Shown here: positions 1 to 11,968 of the stretch, one piece after another
Position numbering within the stretch: position 1 is the first letter of the stretch
Layout of the letters: each line of letters opens with the position of its first letter
NCBI GenBank assembly: GCA_043228905.1
Contig: JBHGNT010000008.1
Coordinates: 21,266,001-21,330,000 of the forward strand
Reading direction: 5' to 3'
DNA from: Azolla caroliniana
Taxonomy: Eukaryota > Plantae > Polypodiophyta
DNA length: 64,000 nucleotides
Translations under genes and position numbers: made by a program
The notes under the pieces: model-generated
What the model saw: the letters and a program-made list of their open reading frames with translations, nothing else
The model's database searches: none
Told to the model about the DNA's origin: nothing

Positions 1-3000
1 TCAGAGCGTTCCGAATGGCTGTATGTACAAGGGAGAATACGCCTTCATTTTTTGACTTACAGTCGATGCTCCTTGTAGTGGAGAACCATGCTGGTGCGTC
101 AACAAGTGCACCCACTGACAACCGGATGCTGTACACGGAGACGGATCGGCCCCGTGGGCATGGTGGATTAGGCGGGTTGGCTCGCAATGGAATCGACTGA
201 CAAGAGTTGGACCGAAGGCACAAAGAACGTGCCGAAAACAATTCCGGACCCTTCACAAGCAGGGGGAGTCAAGGCGGCGTCGGAGGCCGGCAAGCAAAGG
301 TCGACATGGAATGCTGGTACTGTGGCAAAAAGGGCCACAAGGAAAGCGAGTGCTGGAAGAAGCACGCCGATTTGGACAGATCCGGATCTGGCAAGGCCGA
401 CAGAGAGAACTGGCAATACTCGCACTACGCAGAAGGATCGGGAGGATCCAAAACCGGAAAAACCGATAAAGGGCCAATCTTGGTGATGAAACACGAGGCT
501 AACTTGCTGAAAAAGACCACTTCCTAACTGGAGGAAGTGTGGTACATTGAGTCCGGTGCATCGAATCACATGATGAGCCACAAAGAGCGGTTCTCCTTCT
601 TGGAGAAACCGGAACAACCCGGAGTCGTCGAAACCGGAGACGACACTCCTCACCCAATCGTGCATGTCGGAGAAGTCCCTTTGAGCCACGTCGGACAGAG
701 TGGGAAGCTGATGAACATATTACACGTTTCGACTATCACGAAGAACCTGGTGTTAGTTGGTCAGATCGTTGACAAGGGGATGCAGGTGTTTGCAGTTTAC
801 GCACCTTGGGTGCTTCATCGAGGAAGAGGGCCAAATCATTGTGCAAGGGCGCAGAGATGGGAGGATGTTCATCCTCGACACAAATGACATCGGTAACACT
901 TTGTTCGCCAAAGGACAGAAGGTTGAATCGGACATCGACCTGTGGCACAAGAGGATCGGGCACGTCAATTACCGGAGGCTTCAAGACCTGCAAACGAAAC
1001 AAGTCGTTTTTGGTGTGCCAAAATTTAGCGGCCGGAAGGCCGAAATTTGTGAAGCTTGCCAAATCGGGAAGCAACACCGGCTTCCATTCCCCACCGAACG
1101 AAATCGTAGCCGTAACATGCTCGACCTTATTCATTTGGATGTATGGGGACCGGCATAGAACATGAGTCTTGGCGGGATTCGATATTTCGTCTCCTTCATC
1201 GACGACTACAGCCGGCACGTGGATCTACCTCATTGAGCGGAAGAGCGAAGTCTTCGAGTGTTTCCGGAACCTCTGAAGTTTGGTTGAATGGGAAATGGAG
1301 AGGAAGATCAAGTGCCTGCGGTGGGATGGTGGAGAAGAATATTTGTCCAGCCAATTCAACAGTTATCTATAACAAAAGGGAATTCAGCGAGAGTTCAGCT
1401 GCAGATACACACCAGAACAGAATGGTGTGGCCGAGAGGAAGAACCGGTTGCTTATCGACACCGCAAGGGAAATGCTGGAGGAGAAGAGGATGCCCCATTT
1501 CTACTGGGCGGAGGCGGTCTGGACGACCGTCTACATCCAAAACCGGATTTGTGACAAGGTGTCCACGCATGAGCTATATTTTGGGCGCAAGCCGAATTTG
1601 CGACACCTTCAGATATTCGGAAGCATTGCATATGTGCATGTGCCGGATGCGAAGTGGAGGAAGTTGGAATCAAAGTCAGAGAAATGCATCTTAGTCGGTT
1701 ACTCGCATGAGCAAATGGGGTATAAGTGTTATAACCCCCGAACGAAGCAGGTCCGAGTTAGTCGGGATGTTGCGTTTGATGAGACGGCATCATGGTATGC
1801 CTTACTGGCTCCGACTTCCGACCCCAACCCGAAACCGGAGGATGAGGCTAGTGAGCTTGAATCGGTCCAGTTAGTAGATGAAGACCTCGGCACTCTAGAA
1901 GAGAGTCCGATCTCACTTCGGTTAAGTGGAACAAATGAGTGGCTGAGTCGGGATGACCAGTCGGATGAGGAATTAACGAGTATTGGAGACTCTGCCCTGC
2001 TCTCCCCATGCAAGGAACCGAGGAGACGGTTCACATGCAAACAAAAGGGGAAGAAGAAGATGTCGGAATATGAAACCGGCGACGATGAGTCAGATCGGAG
2101 CAAATACGACTCCGGAAAGGATGAAGGTGGATCTTCGGGAACGAAGTCCAAACCGGCCAAGAAGGGCCCCAAACCGAGTAACGATAAGTTACACCGATCT
2201 TCCCGCTAGAAGAACCCAGTGAAGCGGTACAGATACAATGAGTACATGGCGCATCACTATGCGTACATGACGAAGGTGGTAGAAGTGCGTGAGCCGGAGA
2301 GCTATGCAGAAGCGGCAAAGGACGCAAATTGGCGTGCCGCTATGAAGGAAGAAATACCGGCACTCGATGCCAACGACACATGGGACCTAGTTGACCCTCC
2401 ACGACACTGTAAACCGATCGGATGTAAGTGGGTGTACAAGGTAAAGTACAATGCCGATGGTTCGGTTAACCGGTACAAGGCCCGATTAGTGGCGAAGGGA
2501 TAGGCACAGACCCACGGAATCGACTACGACGAGACCGTCGCTCTGGTAGTGAAGATGACAACGGTTCGTGTGGTGTTGGCGGTTGTTGTGGCAAGGGGGT
2601 GGCATCTTCACCAGATGGACGTGAAGAATGCATTTCTTCAAGGTGATCTGGAAGAAGAGGTCTTTATGACCCAACTCCCCGGTTTCTAGTCGGAGATGAA
2701 CAAGTTGGTGGTATGCCGGCTGAAGAAGTCACTTTATGGCCTGAAGCAAGCCCCAGAGCTTGGAATGCGAAAATCACGCATCAGTTGCGTAAGATGGGGT
2801 TTGCAGCCTCCAAGTCTGACTCTTCGTTGTTCATTTGGCAAGGTCTGGATGGTCCGGTTTGCATCCTATTGTATGCTACACCGATGCCGACTGGGCCGGC
2901 AATGCATCGGATTGCCGATCTACCTCCGGATATATGTTTTCCCTTGGTAGCGCTGCTGTTGCGTGGAGCAGCAAAAAGCAGCCAACAGTGGCCCTTTCGA

Positions 3001-3878
3001 GCACTGAGGCTGAATACCGGGGCGTTACCATTGCCAGCTGTGAAGCCATTTGGCTTTGGCGACTGCAGCAAGACCTGTGGATCAAGGTGCTGACCCTGAT
3101 CCTGATCTACTGCGACAACATAAGCAGCATGCAGTTCGCCAAGAACCCCGTATTCCATGCTCGCACAAAGCACATAGAACTGCACTACCACATCGTGTGT
3201 GAGTGTGTTTTGAGCGGTGAAGTTGAACTTCGCTATGTTCATACGGATCGGCAAGTTGCCGACATGTTCACCAAATCGCTCGGATCGGACAAGTTGCAAC
3301 ACTTCACCGAAATGCTTGGTGTTCAACATCTTGACGTGCCACACTTGAGGGGGAGAATGGGCAAAGACAACGGAACGGGCAAAGGCAAAGAAGTTGCCGA
3401 TTGTGTCAGTGAGGGAAGAACTGACAAAGGGGGAGACAAGAAGAAGGCCAAGACCTGGACATGGTCTGATGTGGTGAAGGGCCTGGAACCGGAAGACGAA
3501 TCGGGAGCGACCGATTCGGACAAGAGCTAGAATGAATCGGAGACAGCCGATTCAGTTCAACAGACGGATTCGGAAGAACTAGGTCAATTCAAGGCCAAGA
3601 GGACGAGAAGGCAGCGAAAGTCGATGCCAACATGAAGCAATTGGCGAATCGGCAAGAGCTGAAGTCACAGCAACAAGGGAGCTGAATTGGGCCTGTTGAG
3701 GAGACAATCTGACCAAGGAAGTTGAGGTGCGTAGAATCAGACGGGTCGCGGCAAATGGGACCGAACTAGACGAGGAGCGCGAGCGAGGCAGAGTGAGGCT
3801 AGAAGGAGTTGGGTGGAAGGACCGATTGCCATAGAGACTGACACTACGATCTGACCTCAAGTTGAGCTTGAGCAGGAG
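1..3878 (+). mobile_element. Ty1/copia retrotransposon internal region (decayed gag-protease-integrase-RT-RNase H), truncated by window start
   Basis: Copia domain order in broken ORFs: zinc knuckle CWYCGKKGHKESEC (207-527), protease WYIESGASNHM (537), LWHKRIGH..CEACQIGKQHR, MAERKNR integrase, [58 protein letters not shown] RNase H; multiple stops and frameshifts. Confidence 0.95.
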
Positions 3879-4260
3879 TGTTGAGCAGCAAGCTCAACCG
3901 GATCCGGATCGGCTGAATAAGCCTGGGCCGGATCGACATCCGGAAGGATGAGCCGGATCGGTGAGTTGGGGAGCCGGTTAGCCGGATCCAACAATAACCG
4001 GAAGCCTAGTAGTAGCCTAGATTGCTAGGTAGTTAATAGTCTCGTAGTTAGTGTCAGACGCCCGAGTGAGCATTGAAGTACGCGGTACTTCTGTCAGCCC
4101 TCTTAGGACTTGTATAAATAGTGCTGTTGAGCACGTTTCATCTACAGAGAACTATTATTGTTTTGTAATAGATTTAACTTGTTTTGCTCTCTCTTTGTCT
4201 CTCTCGCATATTGTCAAGCTCTCCATTAAACCTGTGTTTCTGTGTTCGGTTTTCTATTAC
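3879..4260 (+). repeat. 3' LTR (truncated) of the copia element
   Basis: Starts TGTTGAGCAGC after a purine-rich tract (GAGCAGGAG); TATA-like TGTATAAATA at ~4111; ends abruptly where the Sola1-like relic begins. Confidence 0.7.
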
Positions 4261-4918
4261 TTCCGCACGCCATTCGTTTTTACATGTAACAACTTCTTAT
4301 TCATGTTATTTTCCTTTGTTGTTTTGGCACCTTTAGCCATGCACTTGAGGTTTGCAGAGATTGAGCAATACCCCATGCATACTTTCCGTGGTATAATAAC
4401 GTTTGTAAATTGAGTCAATGTCCACAATCTGTTGAATTGGCTATATGTGACATATCTATCACTCAATGTACACATATCTGATATGTAGGACTCATATACC
4501 TCTTGTCGTGTGTAATTATCTAAGAGATCCATTTTGCCTATAGTTGGAATTACTTCACAATTTAGCTTGAAGTAATTCTTCATCCAACCAAGAACATGTC
4601 TTCTAGTTGCACCCGTCATACTTGGAACATTGCTACATTGGATACTAGGATCACTGTTAAGAACTTGTTGTTGCACTCGATGTAATCTCATGTTACTAAT
4701 GCATAACGAAGTTTTGAATGCAACTCTACACTATTGTTGTGAGTAGAAGATATATACTCAAATGAGATAATGATGTCTGATGATCTGTTAGACACCATTT
4801 GCATGTGTGTTGAAAGGTAAGTGTCTTGTTCATCACCAGTGAGTGAAAAATAGTAAGGCCTTAACTCCCAGAACTTATCCTTACAAATCTTGGACATGCA
4901 ACCACGGCCACAACACAA
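4257..4918 (-). pseudogene. Sola1-like DNA transposase N-terminal relic
   Basis: ORF pieces CCGRGCMSKIC..LRPYYFSLTGDEQDTYL and IPTIGKMDL..TRQEVYESY..SQFNRLW..FTNVIIPRKVCMGYC match the pattern I associate with Sola1-type transposase N-termini; catalytic core missing where the copia LTR abuts. Confidence 0.55.
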
Positions 4919-5453
4919 TTTGTTTAGGTCTAATCCGAGTTGTTCTTTGATGTTACTAGGTCCAACCTTGCTCGATGTATTCTACGTGGAATCCTCCGCA
5001 TGTGCACAGGGCTTGCTGACTGGTTGCCTTGTGCATAAACATATGGATCCACATGGAGATAAGAATGTCGGTTTGTGTCCTTCACTCAATAATCTTGGAT
5101 ATTTGAGTGCCATTTTCTTCAGAGTCTGTATCGACATTGTAGTTGTACTGTTCAATAGAGAACTCTTGATCTATGTAAATATTTCTTGGAGTTTGGGGAA
5201 AGAAAGACCCACACAATATTCCTCAATAGAAAAAGGCGACCCTCCTAAGAAAGAATACTCGTCAACAGAATATTGCGAGTTTTGACCCATGGCTCAAATT
5301 CATTTTATCTCTGACTATAATTCTCTCTTGTTCAAATGAGAGGTTCTAACAAATGGATCAATATAGATGTGTATAAGTTCCTTAATATTATTTTTATAAA
5401 ATAATGACATATATTTATAAATTTGCAATTGTATTTATAAAATTAAAACATTT

Positions 5454-5458
<5 letters not shown>

Positions 5459-5496
<38 letters not shown>
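5459..5496. repeat. (TA)n microsatellite within an AT-rich tract (~5360-6000)
   Basis: Direct reading. Confidence 0.95.
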
Positions 5497-5499
<3 letters not shown>

Positions 5500-6304
5500 C
5501 AAATACACTAGAATATATAAATAATAACATTTTTATTTAAATACATATGATTTTATGAAAATTTATATACATAAATATAAATATAAAAACATATATGTAT
5601 TCTATGTATTTATATAAAGGAGGTCTAAGTATACATGAATACATCTATATCTAAATATTATATAGCTAAGACTAAATTGTTAATATCTATACATGTATAA
5701 ATAATTGTTATATAGTGTATATAACAATATATTATACAAGTATATATAGTTATAAAGAATAGCTATATAGTTATATTGATATATATATCTATAGATCCTC
5801 AATACATATACACGTATATATATATGTGTATATAAATCTATATTATACAAGTTTATATATACATATATATTTTCTATATACTATTCTTTTTTATATCTCA
5901 ATAACATAAATAACTATATATAACCACCCATATATTATATAATTTACCTATATATTACTATATAACCTACCTACCTACCTATATATATAGTTACACTAAC
6001 TAACCCCGATTAAACTAACCGTAGGCACCAAACTCACATGCAACCTATAAATAGTCAAGTCTCCTCATTTTGAGGAGCACAGAGCATAGAGAGTGCGAAA
6101 GGAGCACAAACCCTTTGACATGACCATTAAGCATGGACATTCTGATCGAGCATGCACAAATATCCTAACAAAGACATCTAACCAATCATGCACGTATTTC
6201 CTAGATCCCCAACTCACCAAACATGTCAACTGAGAAGATCGAACACACGGACTCTAGGTATGTACCCTAAACTCGTTACTCCATGATAAAAGACATTACA
6301 TTCC

Positions 6305-6630
6305 CCAACTCGATGCATTGTATCAAGATAACAAACCTTTACACTCTGCAAACACCAACTCGATACATTATATCGAGTTGGATACTATATTAGAGTCCCT
6401 ACACCAACTCGATACATTGTATTGTGTTGGATACTCTATTGTAGTCCCTACCCACCAACTCGATACATTGTATCGAGGTGGTGCTATGTTTCAACATCAA
6501 CTCGATGCATTCTATCGAGTTGGTGTTAAAAATTTATGATTTTTACACCAACTCTTTATTGGTGTTTAAAAGACAGGAATTCGGGAAACTATCTTTTCAA
6601 CATCAACTTGATACATTGTATCGAGTTGGT
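6305..6630. repeat. Array of ~6 copies of the 27-bp palindrome CCAACTCGATACA-T-TGTATCGAGTTGG, mostly ~45-50-bp period
   Basis: Copies at ~6305, 6355, 6403, 6455, 6498, 6603 with 1-5 mismatches. Confidence 0.9.
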
Positions 6631-6750
6631 GTAAAATTCCTCGGTTTTTTGGAGAAAATGTACTCAAAACTACATTTTTTATGCTGAACCCCACTAGTTA
6701 TTTTAAATGAATTAAGGCCAGTTTTAATAAAATTATAATGGTTTTTGACT

Positions 6751-6985
6751 AAAACAATCTCGTATTGACCTGTTGGAGGCCCCAATTCCTCTTTTGATCC
6801 TTACACCTGACTAGAAAATCTCATATTGACTTGTTGGAGATCCCAATTTCTCTGTTGATTCTTCCACCTATACTCCCCATTGGCTGTTTTCCTGAATTAA
6901 GGCTTTTCTTCTTAAAAATTAAAGATTTCTAACTAGATTTTTCATATTGAGTCTTTGAGGACTCTAGATTCTCTTCCAATCCTTA
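6751..6985 (+). repeat. ~60-bp tandem repeat, 2 clear copies plus 1 degenerate
   Basis: AATCTCGTATTGACCTGTTGGAGGCCCCAATT.. repeated as AATCTCATATTGACTTGTTGGAGATCCCAATT.. Confidence 0.75.
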
Positions 6986-7209
6986 GAACAAAAAAATGTA
7001 CGCTTTACAACAAATTCTCTCTTTCCTTTTGTCTTGAGGTCACATTGCCTCTAAGTAGAATTGGATCTTTCATGTTTTCACTGATAATTTTAGGGTGATT
7101 CTGATATGTTGGATAAACATGTTCATAGGTTGTAGTTATAAGCCTAGAATGTTATCCTTGTAATACGTTTGCTGAGAACAGGTATAAACGACAAGTCAAG
7201 AAAATCCGG

Positions 7210-9684
7210 TTGAGGTATCAAAACCCTTGGGTAGACTCAAAGAAACAACATGTCTTTGGCAACACCAAAAAAGGAAAGAAATTGTTGTTTAACAAAGACA
7301 TAACTGAGCAACCCTCAGACGAATTTAGTCAGAAAAAGGTGGTGGCTATAGTGGGGGGTGAAGACTTACTTGACAAAGATATGACTGACCACGAGTGGGC
7401 ATTACAATATGTCCACTCGAATAAAAAGCTCGTCTTATTGACAACAAGAAACAAGGGTCATGGACAACTTGCCAAAGAATGCCCATTTTGTTATGGCCAG
7501 GTCTTGTGACTTGACTATGAAGACCCGGAGTAAGAAAAATGTACATGTCTAAAGATCGATTGGTAAAAGAGTCTTCTGGCCCAGAATCTTTACAAGTCGC
7601 TATCGAGACATCTAATAACTTGATCACAACATTCAGACCATACATTAAAGGCCATGTGGCATTAAGAGAACCATCACCAGTCAAGGTGGCACCAAAAAAG
7701 GTTGCCAATCAATCGAGGCCACCCAAAAAGAAAATATCAAAAAGGTTTGAATCTGAGTCTTCTTGTTCGACAAATGACGAAGAAACACAGGCTACACTAG
7801 GGGCAGAGCTTGCCTTTGGTGTGTTGTCATCTGAACAAAATAAAATCCGAAGAGAAATAATGCAGAAGAAGCTTGTGCGAAATGGCTCAGTATTTAACCT
7901 TCCCATTACCCACATCCACTGGCCCCTTATTGATGCTAGAATGGGACGAATAACACTTGAGATAATAGAGCCACACAAGTTTCATCTCCGAAACTTAAAG
8001 AAAAAGATGAAGATTAATCCCCATGCCACAGTTGTGCCCTTTATTGTTATGGTTGATCTTGTTGAATGTGCAACTATAGAAGAATTCGATGTGAGAAAGC
8101 ATGACCAATACAACTACTTTGTTATTGGTGGATCACATTTGGCTAAAGCACGAAGGCAACTAGTAAGAGAACATCCTACGACCTTCTTCTTCAAGTATGC
8201 CGAATTCAAAATTTACGTGGGTGTAACGACTGAAGAGGCGAAATGGCTGGTGTGGGATCATAATAATGAAAATGATTATAGACAAAAGATGTCTTCCATC
8301 GAGTGAATAAGATTCCTCCACCATGATTATTTATTTAGATGCCAAACAAAAGTTTGGTCTAAAGCTCTACCCAGGGCTAAGGCGTTAATGTCTTCATGAT
8401 GTTGGCATTGTCATGGATGACAACGTCAACTTGTCTAATGGTCTACGAAAATATGAGTCTTGGTTTCAACTAACATTTTGAGATGGGGACGTGTGGGATC
8501 TACAAGATCACATATTTACAATGTGGAGAATAGGGAGGTCAAGGGACAAAGGCAAAAGAAATCTCGAGTCAATCCCCAGCTAGACTAAAGTCAACAATGG
8601 GCAAAAAGGTCGACGTCACAATTGAAGAAGCTATCTTAGTGGAGAGATATGCAAGGGATTAAATATGAGCAACTACTTGTTTCGATTTTGTCGAGAGCCA
8701 TGGCCAAGGAGTTAAGCTTGGAAGAAATGGTCACAAAGTTCAACAAGTAAATTCTTTATCAGTTTATTAATTTGTAAGTGTTGGGCCTTTGTGAGATATC
8801 CGGAGCTCTAATGTGTCTTATTGATTTTACAACCATAAGGTATATATGGAGATACAAGAAGTTATGATGAAGCACCTTGGATGCATAACTAGATTATCCG
8901 ATGACATCTTCTTATAAGGCGTTGTTGGAATACTTTATTGCATTCAAGGATTGGGTTAGTATTTTTCTTTTATTTGGCATTCTATTATGGTTTATATTTT
9001 TACTATTAACTAAGACACTTTTTCTATTGTAACTATTAAAAACCTTGCCGTGGCAAGAAACCAGGAGAGGTCAAGGATATACATGGCTTTCCAACGTCCT
9101 TTCTTACACATCTTGAAAGAGATAGGAAAGAAAAGGATCAACGCTTAGTGAAACCATACGATGTTGAAGACAATGGAACTTCCAAGAAATTCAACCACAA
9201 AAAGGACATCACTAGAGACTTATACTATAATGACTTTTGTGGAGATGTGGTAGAGGTAAACCTGAATCTACCAAAGAAGGACTACAGTCTGCTTATTGCA
9301 GATATACCTTAGGATTTTCGCATGGCAAGTTTCTCTTATGATGATGAACCGTTTAGGTTCAAACAACTAGAAAACATGGTAAAAGATTTTGTGAAACTAA
9401 CCACAACGTCCTTGTGGAGAATTGTTGTGTTTCATAGAATGGACCAAGGGTACTCTATGGCTCAGGCATTGAGATCTCGCTGCCATGGCATTGCGAAACT
9501 TGCTTCGTAAGGATTATATATTGTGATAAGTTGAATAAATTTATTTGTCTATGATTCTTTCTATTTAATTCTGAATTGTGTCTTCTGGTTCCTTGTGATT
9601 GACAGGATAAAAACCAATGTGAATAGAGGACCAACATTTCGGTTCGTGAATGAAATTGAGTACATAACTATTGGTTATTTCGAT
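7210..9684 (+). pseudogene. Intron-containing ParB/Srx-like domain + amino-(N6A/N4C) DNA methyltransferase-like gene, decayed and truncated by a copia LTR
   Basis: ORF 7539-8306: VVPFIVMVD..YFVIGGSHLAKAR..KIYVGVTTEEAKWLVWDHN..MSSIE (ParB N-domain pattern). From 9241: GDVVEVNLNLPKKDYSLLIADIP*(TAG; DIPY if restored). After a GT..AG intron (~9507-9605): (S/W)IKTNVNRGPTFRFVNEIEYITIGYF, like the beta-class MTase WxK..E motif. Confidence 0.6.
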
Positions 9685-10120
9685 TGTTGAGAATCAAGCT
9701 CAACCTAGTCTAGTGTGTGAACACACCTTTTGAGAATTTATGCACACTCAAAGGTCAAAGGTCACCACGATTTTCTACATATTAATTATGTGTCATAGAA
9801 TCAGAATATATAACACACAACTATTGAGTTCCATATTCCCTATAACTAATGAGTTTCCACATTCCCCACGGTTCTAGTGAGAGAGTGGGCATTTTAGTGA
9901 GAGAATCTAGAGAGAGGGTGCAGCACCCTCCTCCTACTTTGTAATGCGTCGGTTAATCTCCTTTGTAATATTCATAAAGTTGTAGTTGTTCTCCTCTTCC
10001 TAATACATACATCTTCTCAAGAGTATTTCATTTTTCCTATCTATCTATCTTGTGTTTCTCTCCGATCCTCTCCTCTTTCCACACACACACACACACACAC
10101 ATAACACAAATCCTTAATCT
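9685..10120 (+). repeat. 5' LTR of copia element B (3' end and PBS deleted)
   Basis: TGTTGAGAATCAAGCTCAACC start; near-identical to 19045-19470. Confidence 0.9.
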
Positions 10121-11911
10121 ATGTCCATCACAAGCTACACCTTAAAGATCAAGGAGCTCTATGACTCACTCGGCTCAATAAGCGTCCACATGGAGGATGA
10201 TGAAATGGTGCAAATATGCCTAGGCGGCCTCGCACCACGGTTCAGCATGATGAGAACCGCCGTTCTGGCAAGGGAGAATCCTCCCTCTTTTTTCGATCTT
10301 CAATCAATGTTATTGGTTGAAGAAAACCATGCTCGAACCAAGAGAAACACCTTCAAAGGTCAAATTCTCTACACACAATCGAATGGAGGAAGAGGACATG
10401 GTCGAGTAGGAAGAGGCCGATTCGGCCAAGGACGAGGCGGACGAGGTCCGCCCTATGAAAACAACTCCCAAATTCGGCAAGAAAACAAAAACAACCAAGG
10501 AACATTCAAAAGCAGGGGGAGCTTCCACAACAACTCAATTGAATGCAGATATTGCGGTAAAATCGGCCACCACGAAGAAGAGGGCTGAAAGTAGAAGCGT
10601 GAGTGAGCTTCCACAAGCCGACAACTCACCAATTATGCCACCAACTCCGACTATGACGACCATGAAGAAATGTTCGGGATGAGACATAGAGAAAATTCTA
10701 TGTCAGCCTCTACTCCGACATAGAGAAAATTCAGAAGAAGTATGGTTTGTCGACTTCGGTGTCTCAAACCATATGACGTCCCATCAGGAATGGTTTTGGG
10801 ACCTACGAGAGCGGGATTGACTTGGTTATGTTGAGACTATAGATGACACTACTCATCCGATTTGACACATTGGCAATGTCCCATTTGTCAAAAAAGGCAA
10901 CCAAACATACATTAAGAATGTCTTGCATGTACCGATCATCACAAATATTTTGTTCTTAGTCAGCCAAATTGTGGGGCAAGGGATGCAAGTCCATTTTAAC
11001 CATGCAAGTTGCTTAATTGAGAAAAAGGGCCGACTCAGCACTCGCAGATGAAAAGAGAGGTCTGGATGTTCATTCTCGATTTGCATGAGATTAAATCGGC
11101 CATGTTTGCAAAAGGACATATAGCTATGGCACAAAAGAATTGGTCATATCAATCTCAATAAACTCAAGGGCATGCAGTCAAAAGGAGTCATCGTCGGGCT
11201 CTCGACCTTCAAAGAGAAAGAGATTGAAGGTGTATGTGAAGCTTGCCAATTCAACAAACAACATCGGCAACGGTTTCCAAAAGAAAGAAACCTAAGCAAA
11301 GAACTCCTGACGTAATCCACTCAGATATGTGGGGTCCAGCTCAAACGGCAACATTCAGAGAATGTTGATACTATGTTACGTTTATCAAGGACTTCTCTAG
11401 GCACTCTTGGATCTTTCCCATGAGGCAAAAGAGTGAAGTGTTCGCACACTTCCGAAAATTCAAAACTGGATTCGAAAAGGAATCAGGTCGGCATGTTTCA
11501 TGCCTTCGGTTGAATGGAGGAAAAGAGTACTTCTCTGACCAATTTTTGACTTATCTTCGGAAAGAAGGAATTCGGAGAGAGTTTACATGCTGACACACAC
11601 TGTAATAGAACGGAGTGGCCGAACGCAAAAATCAGTAAATGCTCGAAGTAGCAAGTGCCATGCTGAACGTGAAGCACATGCCAAAGTCATATTGGGTTGA
11701 AGCAACATGCACAGTCGTGTGCCTAATCAACCGATGTACAACATCTAGCATGCACGATGTAACCCCTCATGAGAAATATTACAAAAGAAAGCTAGATCTA
11801 TCCTACGTCAGGATATTCGGCTCTATTGCATATGTGCACATCTCCGACGAAAAGTGGCAAAAGCTAGAATCTGATCCCAAGTCAGAGAAATGTACCCTCA
11901 TAGCATACTCA
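10121..11911 (+). mobile_element. Copia B gag/protease/integrase remnant
   Basis: SFFDLQSMLLVEE gag, CRYCGKIGHHEEE knuckle, WFVDFGVSNHMT protease, integrase to SEKCTLIAYS; interrupted after ACTCA (11907-11911). Confidence 0.9.
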
Positions 11912-11968
11912 TGTTGGGAAAACAGATCCCTCTGGATGGGAAGAAGAGAGCAAACCGAATCAAGGACA
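11912..11968 (+). repeat. First ~57 bp of the 5' LTR of inserted copia element C
   Basis: TGTTGGGAAAACAGATCCCTCTGGATGGGAAGAAGAGAGCAAACCGAATCAAGGAC matches the reverse complement of 17182-17238. Confidence 0.85.

Noticed and set aside
6305-6630. CRISPR-like palindromic repeats with spacers
   Set aside because: Intervening sequences are short and similar to each other (tandem origin); no cas genes
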